This document shows positions 58,315 to 64,000 of a stretch of DNA of 64,000 nucleotides, one piece after another. This stretch comes from Thermodesulfobacteriota bacterium. GTDB taxonomy: Bacteria; Desulfobacterota_D; UBA1144; Nemesobacterales; UBA2774. Position numbers and translations under genes: made by a program. The notes under the pieces were generated by a model. It worked only from the letters and a program-made list of their open reading frames with translations, did not search any database and was not told the origin of the DNA. The stretch is from positions 2,784,001 to 2,848,000 of the forward strand of contig OZ244197.1 in the NCBI GenBank assembly GCA_965216785.1. The letters are read 5' to 3'. Position 1 is the first letter of the stretch. Every line of letters starts with the position of its first letter.

Positions 58315-59442
58315 TTATTCTGAGGACGGGGTTTTTTGAATATCCGTGATATCGACTTTCAAACTCTTTTGAGATTCGTTCCTTTCGATTGCAAGCTCGA
58401 TGAGCCGTGTTATAAGCTCAGAGTAAGGGATTCCGCTCAGCTCCCAGAGCTTTGGGTACATACTGATCTGAGTGAAGCCCGGTATGGTGTTTATCTCGCT
58501 TATAAAAAGCTCGTTTGTCTGTCTGTCCATGAGGAAATCGACTCTTCCCATTCCCTTGCAGTCAAGGGCTTTAAACGCGCCTACGGCCAATTCGCCGAGA
58601 CGCGAGGTTACATCTTGATCCAGCTCCGCGGGGGCTATGAGAGCGGTATCTTCATCAAGATACTTTGCGGTGTAATCGTAGAACTCCCTCTTAGGAACTA
58701 TCTCGCCCGGACAGGAAGCTTCGGGCGCGTCGTTTCCGAGAACGCTTACCTCGATTTCCCTCGGAGCTACTACCGCTTTTTCAACTAGTACGCGGTTTGA
58801 AAACCGGCAGGAAAAATTAACGGCTTCATCCAGAGCGTCTTCTGAGTCTACTTTTGATATACCAATACTGGAGCCTAAGTCCGCGGATTTTACGAAGCAG
58901 GGAAACCCTATTTTATTTATAATATTATTTTTTAGCGCGGTTGAACCGGTTTCCCACTCATACTTATAAAAATCTATATGCTGAACCACAGGCAGCCCCG
59001 CCTCTTTTAAGACGGCCTTCATGACTGTCTTGTCCATACCGACGGAAGAGCCGAGCACCGAAGCGCCCACAAACGGCACTCCCATTAACTCGAAAAGGCC
59101 CTGTACGGTACCGTCCTCACCGTAGGTGCCGTGAAGAACCGGGAACACCGTCTCTATTTCATGCTCTTCGATTACTTTGTCGTGGGCTATTTCATATAGA
59201 ACCCGCTCCTCAGGATTGAGCGAAGGTGAGAGAAAGGAATCGGCCTTATATTCAAATTCCCCTTCCCCGAGCCAGCCCTCCGTATCCGCAGCGCGCCATG
59301 TGCCGCTCTTTTCTATATATATGGGGAACACCTCGAATTTAGAGCGGTCAATATTTCTTAAAATCGACTTCGCGGAGAGAATGGATATCTCGTGCTCGAC
59401 CGATCTACCCCCGAAAATTACTGCAACTTTTTTCATAGACAA
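58315..59442 (-). CDS. ddl: D-alanine--D-alanine ligase
   Basis: FGGRSVEHEIS, LHGTYGEDGTVQG, GSSIG, FYDYTAKY, EINTIPGFT..SMYP. Confidence 0.95.
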   Translation of the reverse strand: MSMKKVAVIFGGRSVEHEISILSAKSILRNIDRSKFEVFPIYIEKSGTWRAADTEGWLGEGEFEYKADSFLSPSLNPEERVLYEIAHDKVIEEHEIETVFPVLHGTYGEDGTVQGLFELMGVPFVGASVLGSSVGMDKTVMKAVLKEAGLPVVQHIDFYKYEWETGSTALKNNIINKIGFPCFVKSADLGSSIGISKVDSEDALDEAVNFSCRFSNRVLVEKAVVAPREIEVSVLGNDAPEASCPGEIVPKREFYDYTAKYLDEDTALIAPAELDQDVTSRLGELAVGAFKALDCKGMGRVDFLMDRQTNELFISEINTIPGFTQISMYPKLWELSGIPYSELITRLIELAIERNESQKSLKVDITDIQKTPSSE

Positions 59443-59596
59443 ATATAGTATCTCCCGAAATTGAGTACTAACGGATTACCCAAAGCTATAAGTGCTGTCA
59501 AGAAGAGCCATATCGTACTTGCAAAAAAAAAAGTTAAATGTAAAATGTCAGAAGACTTTATTCGCACTTGCACAATAAAATTTTAGGAGGCATAAA

Positions 59597-60799
59597 ATGC
59601 AGAAAGTTGTTATTAGCGAACCGCTAAGAACTGCAATTGGGGCTTTTGGCGGCACATTAAAAGATACAAGCCCAAGACAGCTGGGAGCAAACGTTGTCAA
59701 GGCAATTTTGGACCGCACGGGGGTAGACCCGAGTGAGATAGACGACTGTATTATAGGAAATATTCTAAGCGCAGGCCAGGGCATGAATATATCTAGACAG
59801 GTATCGCTCGATTCGGGGCTTCCTATCGAAACACCCGCAATGACTATCAACAGGGTTTGCGGATCGGGTGTTCAGACCATTGTACAGGCGGCTCAGGCGA
59901 TAAAAGCAGGGGACGCGGACGCAATAATCGCGGGCGGTACTGAAAATATGAACCAGGCACCGTTCTATCTTGATAAAGCCCGTTACGGCTATAGAATGGG
60001 GATGCCTAAAGACAATATTACAGACGGCATGGTTTATGACGGACTATGGGATGTTTTCAACGACTATCACATGGGAGTAACAGCTGAGAACCTTGCCGAA
60101 TCTTATAATATTTCCAAAGAAGAGCAGGACGAGTTTGCTTACAAGAGTCAGATGAAGTGTAAGGACGCAATGGAGAGCGGCAAGTTCAAAGACGAAATAG
60201 TACCAGTAATGATTCCTCAGAGAAGAGCAGACCCGATCGCGTTCGATACGGACGAGCACCCGAAGGGAGATACTACTCCGGAAGGGCTCGCAAGGCTCCG
60301 CGCCGTATTTAAAGTAGGCGGAACGGTAAGCGCCGGAAACGCGTCTGGCATTAATGACGGCGCCGCGGCAGTGCTCGTATCATCGGAGAAGAAGGCCAAA
60401 GAGCTCGGGTTAAAACCCTACGCCTCGATCGTATCATACGCCATAGCGGGCGTAGACCCTTCGATCATGGGTATAGGACCTGTACCAGCGGTGCAGAAAG
60501 CGCTTGATAAGGCGAAACTATCTCTTGACGACATCGACCTCTTTGAGCTTAATGAAGCTTTCGCCGCGCAGTCTATTGCTGTGCTTAGAGACCTGCCGAT
60601 ACCAGAAAACAAGATAAACGTTAACGGGGGCGCTATTGCGCTAGGCCACCCGATCGGAGCTTCGGGCACAAGGATTTTGGTAACGCTTCTTCACGAGATG
60701 AAGAGAAGAAAGAAAGTAAAACGCGGACTCGCCACCCTATGCTGCGGCGGCGGAATGGGTATTGCTATAATTGTTGAGAAACTGAACGGTAAAAAATAA
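59597..60799 (+). CDS. Acetyl-CoA C-acetyltransferase (thiolase)
   Basis: NRVCGSG, NASGINDGAAA, NEAFA, GHPIGASG, CCGGGMG. Confidence 0.95.
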   Translation: MQKVVISEPLRTAIGAFGGTLKDTSPRQLGANVVKAILDRTGVDPSEIDDCIIGNILSAGQGMNISRQVSLDSGLPIETPAMTINRVCGSGVQTIVQAAQAIKAGDADAIIAGGTENMNQAPFYLDKARYGYRMGMPKDNITDGMVYDGLWDVFNDYHMGVTAENLAESYNISKEEQDEFAYKSQMKCKDAMESGKFKDEIVPVMIPQRRADPIAFDTDEHPKGDTTPEGLARLRAVFKVGGTVSAGNASGINDGAAAVLVSSEKKAKELGLKPYASIVSYAIAGVDPSIMGIGPVPAVQKALDKAKLSLDDIDLFELNEAFAAQSIAVLRDLPIPENKINVNGGAIALGHPIGASGTRILVTLLHEMKRRKKVKRGLATLCCGGGMGIAIIVEKLNGKK

Positions 60800-60809
60800 T
60801 TTTGTGATC

Positions 60810-60837
60810 TCAGGCCGGGGAGAGATCCCCGGCTTGA
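60810..60837. terminator. Terminator hairpin between convergent genes
   Basis: TCAGGCCGGGGA-GAGA-TCCCCGGCTTGA. Confidence 0.65.
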
Positions 60838-60867
60838 TTCTTAACCGGCAGATTAATCTGTGAGTAG

Positions 60868-61326
60868 TTATTCCAATATCTGAACTTCAACCTTGTAGGC
60901 ACTCGCCTCGAAAAGCTTCTTAAACTCCTCGGGTACTCCTACAACTTCGCGCTTTTCGTAGTTCATAAATACAATCCCAGTCTTAACGTACGCAAGGTCA
61001 TCGCCTGAGTCCTTTTCCGATAGCCTGTACACCAGGTCGCAGCCGTATTTGGTATAATCGCACACCGCGATCTCTATAACGATCCTGTGGCCGTAGAAAC
61101 CCTCAGACTTATAGGTTACCGCTAAGTCTGAAATAACAATGCCCGGGCCGAAAACATCTAGCTCGGTGAACCCGTACTCTTTAAAAAACCTTACCCGGGC
61201 TTCGTGTGTTAGGGTGAGAACCGAGTCGTGACCCAGATGGCCCCCATAGTTAATATCGCTTATGCGAAGAGCTATTTCGGTTTTATATACGAAACTCTCA
61301 GGTAATTCGATCTTGATCCTCGCCAT
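60868..61326 (-). CDS. Hot-dog fold thioesterase
   Basis: MARIKIELP, RISDINYGGHLGHDS..HEAR. Confidence 0.85.
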   Translation of the reverse strand: MARIKIELPESFVYKTEIALRISDINYGGHLGHDSVLTLTHEARVRFFKEYGFTELDVFGPGIVISDLAVTYKSEGFYGHRIVIEIAVCDYTKYGCDLVYRLSEKDSGDDLAYVKTGIVFMNYEKREVVGVPEEFKKLFEASAYKVEVQILE

Positions 61327-61514
61327 TTTAGTTTCCCTTGTATTATTTGGATTGAGCTGAGCTTGATGAGCTTTGCCGTGGGGGAAATTATATCTTAGAG
61401 ACACCTTCATCACAAAAACAGAATTTGACATACAGGGCCGAATTTTGCTAAATTGAATATGTGGACACACGATAGGAGAACATACTTTTACCGTATCAGG
61501 AGGGTGAGCGCGCG

Positions 61515-62066
61515 ATGAATATTGAGAGAATCAGCCCCGCTACTATAAGGTCATTCTTCGGCAGGCTCGTAAAGATGAGCTTCTTTGATCTGGGAAAAGC
61601 GCAGGACAGCCTAGCTGCCACTTATCTGACAGACATGCTTACAGAGTTCGCCCGTACCGAGAAGCTGTATAAGATCCAGGACTCAGAGGGCAAGAAAATC
61701 CAGACAATCGTGGAAATGCTGATCGAGACTCAGAATATAAAAGAAGAGTCTACGGAATCCGAAAGAGAAGTAAGAAAGTACGTAGGGGACTTCTCGCTCT
61801 TTATGAGCGGTATATTCAGAGACTACGTAAACAGGGGCTCTTACCTTAGGTATTACATGGACGAGGGGATGAAGTCGTATTTTGCGGTATCAAGAATTGA
61901 CCTGGAAATGGGCAAAGGCGACCCTATTATGTTCAGCAGATTGTCCCGGGAGTTTGAGTTTTACTCGGGCGCGCTTGATTATATGAGGAGGGTTTATTTC
62001 GAGCAGGTAAATACGACAGACCCTCTTTCGAATTTCACGTACCAGATTTCAAAACTGGAGCATTAA
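61515..62066 (+). CDS. Conserved hypothetical helical protein
   Basis: GGAGG RBS; YLTDMLTEF, RKYVGDFSLFMSGIF, YY..EG..SY. Confidence 0.7.
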   Translation: MNIERISPATIRSFFGRLVKMSFFDLGKAQDSLAATYLTDMLTEFARTEKLYKIQDSEGKKIQTIVEMLIETQNIKEESTESEREVRKYVGDFSLFMSGIFRDYVNRGSYLRYYMDEGMKSYFAVSRIDLEMGKGDPIMFSRLSREFEFYSGALDYMRRVYFEQVNTTDPLSNFTYQISKLEH

Positions 62067-62083
62067 TAAAAGCATCCTCAGAA

Positions 62084-63127
62084 TTAGCCCCTGAAGTAAG
62101 GAATTACTTCTTCTGATAAAACTTTAAAGGACAGAGCGCGGTCGGGACTGAAGTCTCTTAGAATAAAGTGTCCTACCCCTGCTTCTACATAGGACTCAAG
62201 CCGCTTTATAACATCTTCTTTGGAGCCCGCTATCACAAAATCGAGCATAAGCTCGCGCGTATAGTATTTCTCTCCCATCTCTTTGAACTTTCTCAGCATC
62301 TCGGTGTCGTTGGGCATAATTTTTGTATAAGCGAGTCCTTTATATTGATCTTCGATCTCTATGTCGTAGCCTGATTCCGAAAGGAGCTCGGGCCAAACAA
62401 GAGCATGTTTTATGGGCTCAATTGAGCTATAGGCCTCGTCCTCATCCCCGGCAAGGGAAATAAATATAAAGAGCGTTTTTTCAATCGAGCTCAGATCCTG
62501 AGCTCTGTCTAAGGCGCCTTCATCGACAGCCTTGGACTTTTCGGCGAACACGCGCGCCGGCATGGCGTTCGTTACCCAGCCGTCCCCGTACCGACCGGCG
62601 GTCCTGAGAGCCTTCGGACCTGTTGCCGCTATGTAAATAGGAACTCCATGCTCGGGTGTTATACGGAGCTCGGCATCTGTGAGACTGTAGAACTCACCGT
62701 TAAAATTTACGGACTCACCGCTCCAGAGAGAACGCATGACCTGAACGGACTCGGCAACGCGCATAAGAGGTTTATTCCACGCAATACCGTAGGGGTCAAG
62801 GTTCATCTTCTCTCCGTAACCAAGACACACAAATGCCCGGCCATGGGATATATGGTCTATAGTGGCGAGACGCTGTGCCATCACGGCAGGGTGAATCCTG
62901 TGGGCGTCTCCAATCGTACCCATATGAATTGAATCTGTTTTCATCGAGGCCGCGGTAATGACGCTCCAGACCTCAGGAGTCATTCTCTTAGCCATGAATA
63001 CCATGTGATCCGGGAACCACACTGTATCGAAGCCAGCACTCTCTGCGCTTGAGACGAAGTCGATAAGCCCCTCTACCGACTCACCGGGCACTGGAGCTGA
63101 GATACCGAATTTCACTCGATTGCTCAT
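62084..63127 (-). CDS. LLM class flavin-dependent (luciferase-like/Mer-like) oxidoreductase
   Basis: AESAGFDTVWFPDH, ATIDHISHGR, PIYIAATGPKALRTAGRYGDGW. Confidence 0.9.
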   Translation of the reverse strand: MSNRVKFGISAPVPGESVEGLIDFVSSAESAGFDTVWFPDHMVFMAKRMTPEVWSVITAASMKTDSIHMGTIGDAHRIHPAVMAQRLATIDHISHGRAFVCLGYGEKMNLDPYGIAWNKPLMRVAESVQVMRSLWSGESVNFNGEFYSLTDAELRITPEHGVPIYIAATGPKALRTAGRYGDGWVTNAMPARVFAEKSKAVDEGALDRAQDLSSIEKTLFIFISLAGDEDEAYSSIEPIKHALVWPELLSESGYDIEIEDQYKGLAYTKIMPNDTEMLRKFKEMGEKYYTRELMLDFVIAGSKEDVIKRLESYVEAGVGHFILRDFSPDRALSFKVLSEEVIPYFRG

Positions 63128-63294
63128 GATATGATGACCTCCTAAAGGACTTTGCATCCGAAAAGATTATACAATATCCGATTTTAAACTTTTATCTTGA
63201 TTTTTTAAAATCCAAGAGTTATTATTTCCAGCCTATATCAAACACTACTATTCAAAATCCCAGATATTGGGACTGAGGCGGAGGTAGAAAGAAC

Positions 63295-63570
63295 ATGGAA
63301 AGACAGGAAAGATCGGAAAAAGAGCACGCTAGCAAGCATGTTGATATTGAGTCAAAACGCTTTTTCTTTGACGTAAAAGAAAACCACAAGGGCAAATATC
63401 TGAGGATAACGGAACTAAGCGGCGGAAGGTCGTGCATTGTGATTCCTCTGGGCGGAATAAACCTATTTAAAGAAAGGCTCGGCGAGATAATTGAGGAAGC
63501 TGAGGGCTTGATCGACGCTCCTCAAGAAGAAGAAACCGTAAGCTCTTCGCCATTCGCGAGCGGCAGCTAG
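63295..63570 (+). CDS. PUR-domain (PurA/Pur-alpha-like) ssDNA/RNA-binding protein
   Basis: SKHVDIESKRFFFDVKENHKGKYLRITE..GRSCIVIP matches the PUR repeat; GGAGG RBS. Confidence 0.85.
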   Translation: MERQERSEKEHASKHVDIESKRFFFDVKENHKGKYLRITELSGGRSCIVIPLGGINLFKERLGEIIEEAEGLIDAPQEEETVSSSPFASGS

Positions 63571-63675
63571 AAAGCCTGCCCCACCTAATACAACTCAGTA
63601 TGAGAGTAAATCCTATCGGGGGCTGGAAGGGCTTTATCCGATAGATAGGTGAAAGCTGTTTATTGCGGCCAATGT

Positions 63676-64000
63676 TTATTTTAGAAAATCGGGCATTCTC
63701 TCAAGCTTGAGTAAGTCGTCGTAGGTTTCCCTTTCTCTCACTATTGAGTAATTACCCTCTTTAACCAAAACCTCGGGCGCGCGCGGGCGCGTGTTGTAGT
63801 TTGAGGCCATAACGAATCCGTAGGCCCCGGCGCTGAGAACCGCTAAGAGGTCTCCGCTGCTTACACTGGGGAGCTCTCTGTCCTGCGCAAGGAAATCGCC
63901 CGATTCACATATAGGACCGACGACATCCACTACGGCTCCTGTTTGTAGATTCTCGTTGACTGTCAGAATCTCGTGATAGGATTCGTAAAAAGCGGGGCGG
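63676..64000 (-). CDS. lysA: Diaminopimelate decarboxylase, C-terminal part
   Basis: RPAFYESYH, VVGPICESGDF, AGAYGFVMASNYNTRPR. Confidence 0.93.
   Translation of the reverse strand, partial: RPAFYESYHEILTVNENLQTGAVVDVVGPICESGDFLAQDRELPSVSSGDLLAVLSAGAYGFVMASNYNTRPRAPEVLVKEGNYSIVRERETYDDLLKLERMPDFLK

Noticed and set aside
58315-59442. Vancomycin-resistance D-Ala-D-Lac ligase
   Set aside because: The omega-loop FYDYTAKY is typical of ordinary Ddl and no van genes are adjacent.

Overview
Bacterial chromosomal window of about 55 genes. An IPTL-CTERM protein, a futalosine menaquinone cluster and nrfHA are consistent with a Desulfobacterota/Dadabacteria-like organism; this is inference only. Housekeeping content includes ychF, pyrD, recO, mgtE, the ubiA-ubiX-ubiD-mqnE futalosine genes, pstSCAB, ppk2, msrA, a tricorn protease, ddl, a thiolase and a partial lysA. 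Three tRNAs are present (His-GTG, Arg-TCT, Pro-TGG). The main finding is an AT-rich island of about 11.7 kb (33619-45330) integrated at tRNA-Arg(TCT). It is bounded by a perfect 46-bp att repeat and keeps tandem arm-type-like and IHF-like sites on both flanks, but carries no integrase. It encodes a single-strand glycan-modification cassette: GtrB-like GT2, GT4, SAM methyltransferase, GlpD-like oxidoreductase, three tandem 404-aa alkaline-phosphatase-superfamily paralogues with apparently altered catalytic residues, a flippase-like protein and a GT-C. Other notable items are a c-di-GMP-I riboswitch with an overlapping terminator upstream of a Tat-exported dirigent/allene-oxide-cyclase-like protein, and an NrfA with CXXCH at heme 1. 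Also present are a phage-like GT11, a eukaryote-like PUR-repeat protein, an unannotated 34-aa membrane protein gene, several Cys-rich secreted small proteins and two gene remnants. All calls come from manual motif reading; no database searches were run.
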